Shown in pieces: positions 24,330 through 37,743 of a stretch of DNA of 64,000 nt; position 1 is the stretch's first letter; each line of letters opens with the position of its first letter. The stretch is from assembly GCF_030028105.1 (NCBI RefSeq), contig NC_092376.1, forward strand, positions 126,168,230 to 126,232,229. The letters are read 5' to 3'. The stretch is from Mobula birostris (lineage: Eukaryota). The notes beneath the pieces are model-generated. The model saw only the letters and a list, made by a program, of their open reading frames with translations, was not told the origin of the DNA and did not search any database. The translations under genes and the position numbers were made by a program.

Positions 24330-26332
24330 CCACCACTTTATCGGGACATAGCCTTGGCCCAAATTTCCCCGCTGTGGAAAGCTGGCACATTGCTTTAACA
24401 CCAGAGGCAGGAACGTCCTCCCACTCTCCATCTATGCCCTGCAACTCATGTAACTTCGTGACAATGTGCCGACGTCAATGTTCTGACTCCGTGGCTGAAA
24501 CCATAAGCAAACAACACCAACACAATGATCCGTGGTGTCCAACTTCGCCATGATCAGAATATACAGTGGTCAGTTCATTGATTTCAGTCCTCACCTCAAA
24601 ATTGTCCACCATGGCTGATTTTAATGCCAGAAACTCCAGGGTAGTTTCATTCGGATGGTGATGGACTCCAGCTAAAAAAAAAAAAGCAACAGGTGTCAAC
24701 CCTTTACCTTGGTCTTAATATAGAACACCACCTAATCGCTTATGGCTGGTATCTGTGTGCAGTACATACAGCAACTGGGGAGTTGAAAAAGGCCAGCACA
24801 GGTGCTTTAGTCAGCAACTCTTTCAGCACCTGAGGTGCCTCTTCACACTCTGAAGGTTTATCGTGGCTCTTGCCTCCTCTTGTTCTCCTCCCTTTCTTCC
24901 CCAAGGGAGGGTAACCACTTAGAAACTGATTCAAAGTGTGGCTTCACAAATCTCCGGTATTACCCACAGGACCCAGGGAATGAACGTAGGGCACACACAT
25001 TCTTGGGCCTTGGCCATGTGGTTACCACCTTTATCTTGGACAGATCCATAGCCACTCCATCCTGAGAGACTAGGTGGGAGACATAGTTGACTGACGTCTT
25101 ACAGATCCGGCACTTGTGCGGTGACAGTTTCAAACCTTCAGCTTTTAGGCTGGCTAACACCTTCAGTAGCCTCGTCTCATGCTCCTCCAGTGTCGATCCG
25201 AACACTGAAATCATCCATGTACACCAGTACCTTAAGCAGGTTCATGTCCCCAATGGTCTTCTCTATGACACGTTGAAAAGTAGCCGGTGCTCCTGATGTG
25301 CCCTGAGGCATTCTTTCAAACTGAAAGAATCCAAGTGGACATATGAAAGCTGTCTTCTCCTTATCAGCTTTACTCATGGATATCTGATGAAGCCCACTCC
25401 TTGGATCTGACACTGAACCATTTTGCTCTGCTCAGGTGGACAGAGCATCCTTGATCTGTGGAACAGTAAATTGCTCTGGGACCATATTTCTGTTGTGTTT
25501 GATAATAAACACACATTTGTACGTTCCCATTATTCTTCTTCACCACCACTGTGGGTGACTCAGTGATATTTCCAGCTTCCTTCTGTTTCAGCAGATGCTG
25601 CCGAACATCTTCAACCTCCACTGGTGCTAACCATCAAGACTTCTCTCTGAAAGGAGTATCCTCCGTCGCTCTAATCTCTAATAGTGTTCACCAGAAAATT
25701 AATGTGTCCTACACCAGTATAAAAATTATAAAGAAATATATTTACCAAATTTAAAGTTACAGGAAAAAAAAGAGAAATGCAAGGGCCAATTCCAGCTAAT
25801 ACTGTTCAAAGTGCACATAAGTATTAGAGTCTGTTTCTGGAGTAGTCAGGTGTATTGTTTTACTTGCGTGCTACCCCATGGTCTGTGTGAAGGCACCTTC
25901 CACAGTCCAGATTTCCCTCAAAGACCATCTCGAACAAACTGGCTCTCTCAGGAGTATTAGCCCTTCCTCCTTGGACCTATTTATCTGCACAAAGCACTTC
26001 TTACAACAGGGACTTCCCTTTGAGCGGCATTCTGCAGCATCTTCCCTTGTGCCCTGCTCCACAGCTCCTACCACAAAACAAAAAAAAAGCACCCCGAAGC
26101 CAGACTGCTGTCCTTCAGAAAACTGCACCCCCCCTCCCCCCGATGTTCCACCGGGCAGAGTTACAGCACATACCAAGACTGACACCACATTCCTAAATTG
26201 GGCAGCATGGCTTCTTTATCTTTAACTGAAGCCAAAGTACTATTACTAGCAGAACACACCGGTTTTACGGAAATTTGTTAAAATAGAAGTACCACACAGC
26301 ATCGCAGTAGAACTCTTACCCAGGGCAGTACA
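24330..26332 (-). mobile_element. Decayed Gypsy LTR retrotransposon (pol relics plus one probable LTR at ~25680-26332)
   Basis: DKEKTAFICPLGFFQFERMPQG...ATFQR...VYMDD, LKLSPHKC, LTKAPVLAF, LEFLALK. The minus strand starts TGTACTGCCCTGGG at 26332. Confidence 0.8.
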
Positions 26333-26555
26333 AAATAATGTTTTACTAAAATCAGCAGACCAGTGCTAAAGGTGATAGGAACAGAAATCTTTTGTGGGGA
26401 GAAGGAGCACATCACATAAAGATGGCAGTTGCATTGTTAGTTTTAACTACAGATACATATGTATTCATTGAAAGGAGTACCAGAGCCTTAATTTAAATAC
26501 CTGCACACCTGGTGAGTTATTTTTGAAGTGTAGTCATATTTGCAATATAAACAAA

Positions 26556-27065
26556 CACTCTGGCCACTTTATTAGGTACCTCTGTACCTAATAAAGTGGC
26601 TCGTGAGTGTGTGTGTGTAGTCTTCTGTTGCTGTAAACCATTCACTTTGAGGTTCACCTTGTGTGTTCAGAGATGCTCTTCTGCACACCACTATTGTAAA
26701 GTGTTGTTGCCTTCCTGTCGGCTTGAACCAGTCTGGCCATTCTCCTCTGACCTCTCATTCATAAGTTTTCACTGGATGTTTTTTTTTGTTTTATGCACCA
26801 TTCTCTGTAAACTCTAGAAACTGCTGTGTGTGAAGATCCCAGGAGATCAGCGGGTTTTGAGATACTCAAATTACCCTGTCTGGCACCAGCAATCATTCCA
26901 GTCAAAAATCACATTTCTCCCCTGTTCTGATATTTGGCCTGAACAACAACTGAACCCCTTGTCCATGTCTGCATGCTTTTAAGCACTGAGTTGCTGCCAC
27001 ATGATTGGCTGATTGGATCTTTGCATTAACAAGCAGGTGTACCGAATAAAAATGACCACTAAGTG
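26556..27065 (-). mobile_element. Non-autonomous Tc1-derived element, copy 2
   Basis: Colinear with 19280-19829, same TIRs, TA at the right end. Confidence 0.85.
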
Positions 27066-27687
27066 TACACAGCGGGTGATTTTTAATTCATCACCTTCCA
27101 CGAAAAGCAAATGAGATGAGTAATTATTTGTATTGTCGACGTATGAAATACTGGCCAAGTTCTTGGGAAACACCTATCTTCAGCTACTGTAGAAAAATGA
27201 GGTCAGATAAATGAATGACTAAAATTGCACCTTCCAATTCAGAATGTGCTGTTATTAACTAAGTCGTCGTTTTTCAGTCCATAGTTATCCCTAGTAGCAT
27301 TGTAAGTAATTGCAGATCAATTGATTCTACATTAGACATGTCTGATTAAGATTTAGGCCTATTTATTGAATTGTCTAATCTCAGCTGAGAAATGTTTTGA
27401 GTTGCTGCTGCTAATTGCAGGAAAAAGCTGCAATACTGCTAGCTTCTGACCCCTTTAAGGAAAAATGTCCAGCCGTATTTCAGGGTTAAACAGAGGGCTT
27501 CAGTTCTCAATTTATTGGTATTCAATGTGTAGTTTCACATAAGAAACTTTTATTTTTGCCTGCATAAGTCTTGGGTAGATATTGACCTTTGCAACATCAG
27601 CAATGATTAATATCTGCAAGAAGGAGAAAGTTAGTTTACCGGAGGAGAATGGAGTACGTTAAGCTCACCGATGTTTTTTCAATTCAG

Positions 27688-27764
27688 ATTGCTGCAGAAA
27701 TTCCAGTATTACTGCAGCTTCACTGGTTGCTGAGTCCTCGCTACATGAAGAACACAAAGAATTG
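27688..27764 (+). CDS. KIAA0232-like: KIAA0232-like coding exon ((D)CCRNSSITAASLVAESSLHEEHKEL)
   Basis: ttttttcaattcag acceptor, TTG|gtaagt donor, 77 nt, phase 1 to phase 0. Confidence 0.75.
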
Positions 27765-28448
27765 GTAAGTCCAATGGTTTTTGAAAGCTTTCTGCTTTCA
27801 GTGATTTTATGCTTGGGATAATAAACCTCACCGTGGGCCATCATTTGTTGAAGCAGTAGAATTATTAATATGTAGCATTCAATGACAAACACCCCTCAAA
27901 AATGTAACTTGCATAATCCTCTAAAGAGAGATGAATAGATGCATGTGCAATGTGTAAATTGCACAGTTTTTAAACAGAAGTAGTCTTCTCAGTGGCATAG
28001 TTTAACTCAGAAATTGTCATAGTCCTCTTGTGCTTTAATTTTCATATGTATAGAATTGTTAATACCAATACTGCACAACGAATATCTAGAATCTATTCAA
28101 TGCCTGCTTCTCATTTGAAAGGAAACTGAAATTCTTCCATTGGATTTGTTCTGTGGAGTACAAGGAAATAGCCTCTCACTTGTTTACTGACCATTAGCTG
28201 CAGCTAAGAATTGTAACATGTTTAATGTGTGTGGATTTGTTCAAAACCTGAACTGCTGTTTAGTGAAACAGGCCCATTGCTTAAACTTAGTTGGGCATAC
28301 TGAATGCCATACTGCATGAGTATGTCATCTGAGGCTTGCCTTCTAAAACTGACACTTCTGGCACATTTTAAAACATTAATTGAGAAATTGTACATTTCTC
28401 CTTATGGAAATACAATTGAAACATCTACAATTTTGTATTTTCTTCCAG

Positions 28449-28538
28449 CTTACAAGATGTAATGAAACAGATGTTAACCCAGAGGATCCGAAAACAGATC
28501 AAAAGTTCTTCAGAAGTGTGAAAGACTGTAAAACATAG
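28449..28538 (+). CDS. KIAA0232-like: KIAA0232-like last coding exon (LTRCNETDVNPEDPKTDQKFFRSVKDCKT*)
   Basis: ttgtattttcttccag acceptor, phase 0, TAG at 28536-28538. Confidence 0.72.
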   Translation, partial: LTRCNETDVNPEDPKTDQKFFRSVKDCKT

Positions 28539-31220
28539 GGCTACATTAGAAGAACTCTGGATAGTTATATTATAATTTGGTTTATCTTTTTCCCCAGCAG
28601 AAAGAACAGCTTCCGTTAAAGGGGCTGCCTATTGAGGTCAAAGAAACACCTTGTATTGTTCAGGGTTTCTGTTGTTTCTTACTGAATCTGTAAATGATGC
28701 AGTTCTAAATAGTGTGATACCTATCACTGAATGGGGTGAAAAAAAGGGACAGTTCACTTTGCTGCATGCAGTACTTGTGATTGTTTGGTCGGTCCAGAGT
28801 GGTTTTTGTATTCAAAAAGGTTTCTCACAACTAAAGTAAAATACGTACTACAACTTAAAAATTCTATGTCAACTTAAGGAGATGAGGTTCTGGCAAAATA
28901 CGATTTTATTTATTAGTGCCAGCAAAGGACTTAAGAGTTTAAATTGCTGGTACAGTTAGTTGCGTATATTTATGAGAAGTAAATTGGGCTTCTTGGTAAG
29001 GATATTTGTAATAAATCTGCAGTCCAAGAACTACATTAATTATCAGATATATTTTAACTTAACAGTTGCACCACAGGATGCTTCAAATATACTTAAAAGA
29101 AACATGCAGAATGCCTCTCAATTCTCAGTGCATTACAGGTGTTTTCACTTATATAAAAGACATCCTGTAATTATTCTGGCTTGTTGAAATTGTGATTTAT
29201 AAAAATTTCACACTTGCGCAAAAACCTACATGCTGCAGCGTCATGTATTTTATTCATTTTATACTTCTAAAAGTACTAAATAAAGAGTGAATTAATAAAA
29301 AGCTATTTTAATCCTTTAGTCATTTGCTGGTTCTAAAATGTAAATCTTAAAAGATTTACTTTGTATTAGTATTTTTAGATGTGTTCTGTCATTTTGTCAT
29401 TTTCATCTAGGTTATATTTGAGTAATATATTTTTATACTGTGTTCAGTAGCTGAGTGGTACATGGATAAATATACTTGATAATGTAGTGTCACATACAGT
29501 ATGTTAACTTTTATTGTAGCTGTGCTTAATTAAGCCATGAACCTAAACTAAATTGAACTTGGAGGCTTCACATTATCCTATCTTTGTAATCCATTGGCAT
29601 TAAATGTATGAGAAGAATTGGCAATTGCATAAGTGCGGTACTCAATACCCTTGCCTCTTAGACATTATTTGGCAAAGTTGCCACATTGTGAGTTTCCAAT
29701 AAAGTTTGTAGCAAAATGTTGAACTGCTTAACTTATTTGGCATGTGTTATACAATATCTTCCTACTTAGGTTCAATATTCAGGTTGTAATTTTGCTAACC
29801 TGATAGTACGTGATTGAAACAAGTGCCCATACTTGTATTCCTTAATATCCTTTAATGGTGCTTATTTGTCTTCCATCAGGGAAGAAAATACAGGCTTATA
29901 GCTTCATGCCTAAGGACCCTTATCATCCACATATAAGCTAGTAATTCTGTATGGTTCAAATTGTAAAAGGTTTCTTTTTTCATTGAACCATATTCAGTGA
30001 CAATTTCTTAGTGCCTTTTTATTTTTTTAAATTTTTCGTAAATACTTTATACAAATAAATGCATGTTATTGCTGTTGTGGGAAACTATGTGGGTGTGGGG
30101 GAGAGACTTGCCTTCCCCTGGCTCATGCTGGTGATTCACATTTTATACATTTCATCAAATCCTGACAACCTTCTGTCACTTCACTCATTCAGAGCTTCAG
30201 TGGTCTTGATGATGTCATTGGACTTTTTGACATAGAGGACTTTGCAGCTGAATCCATTGGTGGCCTAACTGGCACACACATGCACTTTCCAGTCTCAGTG
30301 GCAAGATTACCTATTTTCCCTCTTCTCACCTTCTAGATCTGCTGAGGTGCTGAGTCCAATTGGAGCACTTGTACTGCCACCTCACAGAGGTCAGGGTCAG
30401 ATAGTTCAGCACAATGCCAAGTTTGAACAGAGCCTGTCTGGTTAAATTTCTATTTAATAGTATCACTTTTAATGTAATATTGCCAGCTGTTATTTATTTA
30501 CACAATGGGACTGTGCTAAGATTAAGTGGTAGTGAAGTTTTCAAATACTTTTAATGATTAAAAAGTAGTTAACAATGTACTTTATAAAATGATGTGGTGG
30601 AAGTTGATTTGCATTTCTATTTATATTAGGTTTCATCACTGACCAATTTTATGATTACATTGATTAAAGACATCAGAATGCAGATTTTCTTTAAAAATCT
30701 GAGTGAAATCTTAAGACCTTGCATTTTATTGGAAGGAAAATCACAGAAATCTGCATTTACTAATTCTGCATAAGTGTGATATTGGCAGAACTGTAACTAA
30801 AGGTTGTAGATAGATGCTGGTAAATAATGGCAGAATGTTTTTGAACGCAGAGCTGATCCTACATTATCAGCTAAGGAAAGCAGTGTAAGTATATAGAAAC
30901 AATTCTACATAAAGCAAGTTATTTATACAGAAAATTCCTTAACTTCTAGCTGCTTTTCAATGCTCTGACTAAAGAACTATTTGCCAACAGTTATTTTCTG
31001 AATTTTTAGTTTTGTAATTTAGTGCCACAGAAGATTGTCCATTAAATGCATCATCCATTAAAGTGACGGTTATACACATACAAATGCCTGTGTTTGATTT
31101 TATATCTTCTTAGGATGTGCTGATTGTATTCTGTGGAATTTTTATTAAATGCATTTTTACTTGGATACTGTTTCATTGTCAAACATTTTGCATAACAAAA
31201 TAAAATCAGTGTTAACTAAT
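28539..31220 (+). other. Probable 3' UTR with several AATAAA signals
   Basis: AT-rich with no recognisable TEs. AATAAA at 29279, 29294, 29698, 30054 and 31199. Confidence 0.5.
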
Positions 31221-32077
31221 GTTTGGTAAGCCTTGTTTTTAATAGCAACTAGTTTCATTACAGTTGATGTTTGTAAGTATTTATAACATGATCATTATTA
31301 GCTCAATTCTGTTCCTTCCACTTCCTGCTGGCTATTCTAAAACAAGCAAAATCTGGGGGCATAATTTATAATTACTTTATTCAGGGTTGAAATTGATAAA
31401 GATTTTTTTTTCATTTGAGTAAAACTAATCATCCAGCACCCTAGTGCTTGCAGGAATCAACAATTAATACCCCAGCACTTTTTTTGTTAAATATTACAAT
31501 GGCATATTTTTTTCAGTGAGCCCTGTGAGTTTCAGCTTGTATGTTCCAATTCACCAAAACAAGCTGAAATGTACAAGTACCTCCACTCCTGCAATCCTGT
31601 ACATTTTCTGAACGCATAGAGCAATCATGTCATGTTTCAAGTAACATTTTGATTACAATTCTAATTGTTTTTAGAGAGATGTTCACAGAAGTTTCTAGCA
31701 TTTACTAGATCTGACTTATAAATATATTTGGCTCCCTTCTTTTGATTTTGGGATACATCACTGTAAAAATATTGCTGGACAGATTGAAGCATTCAGTCAC
31801 TGAAAATAAAAGCAGCCAGATATCCATATGAGTTGATCCAAATTCATCAATGTTGATCTTATTCTCTAGGAATTAGTGGAACAGCATCTCTACTGGTATC
31901 ATCCTGCACACACACAAACTATTTCATACCATCAGAACCTCTGATATACCCTACCCATCCAGAATCTGATGTTCATGGTTTAAGCCTAATCCTCATACCT
32001 TTCAACCCAGTGATGAACCCCAGTTCACTGATACATTAAGGTGCTGAGTTTCTACGTTGGGATAAATCAATTTTATG

Positions 32078-32604
32078 TGTAACCCGCAGGTTCGGCCAGC
32101 TGCATTAATCTAGGTGGAGACAGCCTCCAGGCCGCCCGAACTTGAGAAATTTTGTTTGGGTGGATGCTGTGAGATGTGTTCCCCTGTTACAAATCAGTAC
32201 CACAAAATAGCAAACAGTACACAATATGCAATTAAATGATTGAGCTTTATAATTCTTAATTTGACTATACGGTTAATAAAACAAAGAAAAAGGGCCCATT
32301 GTAATGCACACGGAGCTCACTGTTTTCCTGTCCCTTCTCCATTGATTTCCTCCAGCCGTTGTCAACTCCTGACCCCATTCCAGGTCTGCTCAGTCCTGCA
32401 GTCCGTGACCTCTCCCTGGTCTTCCATCTTTTCCCAAACAAAAGCCTGCAAAATCCCTCCTCTTGGGCACATAAGAAAGAAAAACAACTCCCCTCATTGG
32501 CCAGCACACATTCCAAAGCCCTCATTATCTCTAGTCATAACCCAAACACTGCAGCTACAGAGAAACCATTACATTAGCAGTGAACCCTTTCCCATGGTGT
32601 TAAA
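32078..32604 (-). mobile_element. Solo LTR (Gypsy-like), 527 bp
   Basis: Termini TGTAAC...GTTA(A)A, with a 4-bp TSD TATG at 32074-32077 and 32605-32608. Confidence 0.75.
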
Positions 32605-34145
32605 TATGCTTTTACACCAGGTCTATAGGCTGCAAGGATAAATGCACAGCCAAGTGCAGCCTTGGTTACCACCTGAACCTTTATGTAAGTCACTGGCATT
32701 GTAAAAAATACTTGAAGGCCTTCCTGATCAGAATTGAAGAGTTAAGTTTTCAGACAAAGCCATGAGTAATTGGTTGAAAGAGTAAAAGCAAATCAAATCC
32801 AAAATACTAAAACATGGTAACTGCAAATAGCTTCTAAAGAAGTAAATACTTCGTTTGAGTTGATAAATTCTCGTACATTATTCCATCGTGCCCTGCAAAA
32901 ATTTGAACCTAAAGCTAAATGATAAGATTCAAGATTCAAAGTGCGTTTATTATCAAATAATTTATAAATTATACATCCTTGAGATTTGTTTGCTTAACAG
33001 GCAGTTGCAAAGCACTAAACTAAAGAATGCAATTTTAAAAAATAAGACCAACCTCCAATGCCCACAGAGAAAGAGATTAAGCATCAAAACAAATCATGCA
33101 AATAATAGAAGCAATCAACAACAACAACAGCATTCCAAACCAACATGAGTCCCTAGATCCAAATCCCCGGTGCAGATCAAAGTGGTGTCTAGTTCATCAT
33201 ATTAGCGGGGCAAGTCCCAACAAAGTTTGGGTAACTGATTATCTCTCTTGTTTTCCTGTTTTACCATTACTTTAAATGATTCTATGGGGGACTTACTGTA
33301 CATGTTCGCAAAGCATGTTGGAGAGAAAGATCTTTAGATTTCCAGTTTTTAGTTTTAATTTGTTTTTTAGTTTCATGAACAGTATCAAGTTTCTTTAAAA
33401 ACTGCACCACTGTTGTTGGCATTGTTATGCTTTAAAACAAATCAAAACATAACTAATCATTTCAGAAATCACATCAAAGAATACAAGGCTTATATGCTCC
33501 TCTCACAACTTCAAATTTCTTAACTTCTCAAATTACAGGAAAAATTGGTTCAGTTTTAAAAGTAGTATCAATAGCCAGCAGTAGAAAACTCACAGATTAA
33601 CTATTCCTACATGGGAAAAGAAGCAGCTTCAGAACATGAAGTCAAATATTCCAATCATGTCAAAAATGGCATCCAGTTAATCAAAGGCTGATAGAATTTA
33701 GTCAATTAATTGTTCGTGCGCATGTGCATTTATGTTTTAACCTTTAAGTAATAATTTAAATATTTTTAAAGTTTCAATGTATTAATTACGCAAATATTTT
33801 ACGATAACAACTTTGAACCTAGAAATATTACCACACAGGTTGCCTAAGCCAACCTACATACTCAGTTCTCCACTTGTACTCAGGAAACCTTCGCTGGAAT
33901 CTCGCATTTTAAGTCCTTGTTCAATAACGTACAGAAGAACCACTCAAGCCAGAAACAGGAACCCTCCTGAGCTGAGGGAAAAACAGTGGCATTTGGAGCT
34001 GCAGAGGCCAAGCCTGGCTAACTCAACATTTCAGAATTAGGTTTAATATCACCAGCATATGACGTGAAATTTGTTGTAATGCAGCAGCGGTACACTGCAA
34101 TACATAATAATTGAAACTGTGAATTACATTAAATATATGTATGTG

Positions 34146-37100
34146 TGTGTTGGTTGTCCGTCATTATCGACAATGATGGAGCATGCACAGGAGGAGTTTT
34201 ATAGAGGAAAAAGCCTTTGCACTGGTGCAGTTACACGTTTTCGGCCTCAAAGGTCTTGGTCCAATGGGACAAAAAATCGTCAGAACTGGAGACATCTGGG
34301 CTACAGTGGATAGCCATGAAGCCTTCAGTGCTTTGTCATGCCCTTCGCTCTCCATGAAGCCTTGCACCACCGCCTTCTTGGCTGTTGAATCTTATCCGCC
34401 CAGTTTGCCGGAACTGGCTTCGCATGCTGTGCTAGGCATATCCCTATCTCTCCGGGGTTGGAGGCTTCCGGCTACCCTCAACTGGTTTAGCCCTCCTGTT
34501 GAAGTGGTGTACCAGGATCTGGCCACTGTCACATGTAGGTAGTTACTCGGAGCCGCAGGCAAGAGCAGGATAGAAACATAGAAAATAGGTACAGGAGTAG
34601 GCCATTCGGCCCTTTGAGCCTGCACTGCCATTTATTATGATCATGGGTGATCATCCAACTCAGAACACCGCCCCAGCCTTCCCTCCACACCCCCTGACCC
34701 CCGTAGCCACAAGGGCCATATCTAACTCCCTCTTAAATATAGCCAATGAACTGGCCTCAACTGTTTCCTGTGGCAGAGAATTCCACAGATTCACCACTCT
34801 CTGTGTGAAGAAGTTTTTCCTAATCTCAGTACTAAAAGGCTTCCCCTTTATCCTCAGACTGTGACCCCTCGTTCTGGACTTCCCCAACATTGGGAACAAT
34901 CTTCCTGCATCTAGCCTGTCCAATCCCTTTAGGATTTTATACGTTTCAATCAGATCCCCCCTCAATCTTCTAAATTCCAACGAGTACAAACCCAGTTCAT
35001 CCAGTCTTTCTTCATATGAAAGTCCTGCCATCCCAGGAATCAATCTGGTGAACCTTCTTTGTACTCCTTCTATGGCAAGGATGTTTTTCCTCAGATTAGG
35101 GGACCAAAACTGCACACAATACTCCAGATGTGGTCTCACCAAGGCCTTGTACAACTGCAGTAGTACCTCCCTGCTCCTGTACTCGAATCCTTTCGCTATA
35201 AATGCCAGCATACCATTCGCCTTTTTCACCGCCTGCTGTACCTGCATGCCCACTTTCAATGACTGGTGTATAATGACACCCAGGTCTCGTTGCACCTCCC
35301 CTTTTCCTAATCGGCCACCATTCAGATAATAATCTGTTTTCCTATTTTTGCCACCAAAGTGGATAACTTCACATTTATCCACATTAAATTGCATCTGCCA
35401 TGAATTTGCCCACTCACCCAACCTATCCAAGTCACCCTGCATCCTCTTAGCATCCTCCTCACAGCTAACACTGCCGCCCAGCTTCGTGTCATCCGCAAAC
35501 TTGGAGATGCTGCATTTAATTCCCTCATCCAAGTCATTAATATATATTGTAAACAACTGGGGTCCCAGCACGGAGCCTTGCGGTACCCCACTAGTCACTG
35601 CCTGCCATTCTGAAAAGGTCTCGTTTATTCCCACTCTTTGCTTCCTGTCTGCTAACCAATTCTCTATCTACATCAATATCATACCCCCAATACCGTGTGC
35701 TTTAAGTTTGCACACTAATCTCCTGTGTGGGACCTTGTCAAAAGCCTTTTGAAAATCCAAATATACCACATCCACTGATTCTCCCCTATCCACTCTACTA
35801 GTTACATCCTCAAAAAATTCAATGAGATTCGTCAGACATGATTTTCCTTTCACAAATCCATGCTGACTTTGTCCGATGATTTCACCGCTTTCCAAATGTG
35901 CTGTTATCACATCTTTGATAACTGATTCCAGCAGTTTCCCCACCACCGACGTTAGGCTAACCGGTCTATAATTCCCCGGTTTCTCTCTCCCTCCTTTTTT
36001 AAAAAGTGGGGTTACATTAGCCACCCTCCAATCCTCAGGAACTAGTCCAGAATCTAACGAGTTTTGAAAAATTATCACTAATGCATCCACTATTTCTTGG
36101 GCTACTTCCTTAAGCACTCTAGGATGCAGACCATCTGGCCCTGGGGATTTATCTGCCTTTAATCCCTTCAATTTACCCAACACCACTTCCCTGCTAACAT
36201 GTATTTCGCTCAGTTCCTCCATCTCACTGGACCCTCTGTCCCCTACTATTTCTGGAAGATTATTTATGTCCTCCTTAGTGAAGACAGAACCAAAGTAATT
36301 ATTCAATTGGTCTGCCATGTCCTTGCTCCCCATAATCAATTCACCTGTTTCTGTCTGTAGGGGACCTACATTTGTCTTTACCAGTCTTTTCCTTTTTACA
36401 TATCTATAAAAGCTTTTACAGTCAGTTTTTATGTTCCCTGCCAGTTTTCTCTCATTATCTTTTTTCCCCTTCCTAATTAAGCCCTTTGCCCTCCTCTGCT
36501 GGACTCTGAATTTCTCCCAGTCCTCAGGTGAGCCACTTTTTCTGGCTAATTTGTATGCTTCTTCTTTGGTATTGATACTATCCCTAATTTCTCTTGTCAG
36601 TCACGGGTGCACTACCTTCCTTGATTTATTCTTTTGCCAAACTGGGATGAACAATTGTTGTAGTTCATCCATGCAATCCTTAAATGCTTGCCATTGCATA
36701 TCCACCGTCAATCCTTTAAGTGTCATTTGCCAGTCTATCTTAGCTAATTCACGTCTCATACCTTCAAAGTTACCCCTCTTTAAGTTCAGAACCTTTGTTT
36801 CTGACTTAACTATGTCACTCTCCATCTTAATGAAGAATTCCACCATATTATGGTCACTCTTACCCAAGGGGCCTCTCACAACAAGATTGCTAACTAACCC
36901 TTCCTCATTGCTCAAAACCCAGTCTAGAATAGCCTGCTCTCTAGTTGGTTCCTCGACATGTTGATTCAAAAAACCATCCCGCATACATTCCAAGAAATCC
37001 TCTTCCTCAGCACCTTTACCAATTTGGTTCACCCAATCTACATGTAGATTGGAGTCACCCATTATAACTGCTGTTCCTTTATTGCACAGATTTCTAATTT

Positions 37101-37345
37101 CCTGTTTAATACCATCTCCGACCTCACTACTACTGTTTGGTGACCTGTACACAACTCCCACCAGCGTCTTCTGCCCCTTAGTGTTACGCAGCTCTACCCA
37201 TATTGATTCCACATCTTCCCGGCTTATGTCCTTCCTTTCTATTGCAGGATGGCAGGTAGGGACCAAAGGTGGATGAGCTGACCCTGGGCAGAGCCCAACA
37301 AGCCTGCCACCAGAAGTGCTACCCCTCCCTGGACACCCCATACAA
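34146..37345 (-). mobile_element. RTE-like non-autonomous repeat (34146-34571 plus 37244-37345), host of a CR1 insertion
   Basis: GC-rich block that is continuous across the CR1. The minus strand ggctaaaccagttgagggtagcc resembles RTE 5' regions as I recall them. Confidence 0.4.
34572..37243 (-). mobile_element. Young 5'-truncated CR1 LINE (APE plus RT), few lesions
   Basis: ORFs 36601-37243, 35668-36339 and 34660-35634, with one TGG>TAG near 35668. Tail agaaacatagaa. 7-bp TSD GCAGGAT at 34565-34571 and 37244-37250. Confidence 0.95.
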
Positions 37346-37743
37346 TATATATGTAGAAATGTGTTCATGTCTTTTGTGACAAACCAGACCTCAAACTTCT
37401 AATGAAATATAGCCATTGTTGTGCCTTCTTTGTAACTGCATCATTATGTTGAGCCCAGCATAGATCCGGTGAGGTGAGGTGAGGTGAAGTGCGGGTTTGT
37501 TTCCTTATCTTACCCATTCTGAAGCTCAGGCACTTCACCTGACTCTGCTCTTTCATATATGTATTTAATGAAATAACAGATATGTGGTAGCTTGCAAAAG
37601 AAATAGAACTAATGTACAGCTGAACCAGATGTAAGATGTTTAATTCATCAGTCCAAACTGCACTCAGGATCATTTCTCTGATGTGCAAAAACTATAGTGG
37701 GATTAAATAAATTATTAGACTTAAAAACGACTTGCACAAATTT

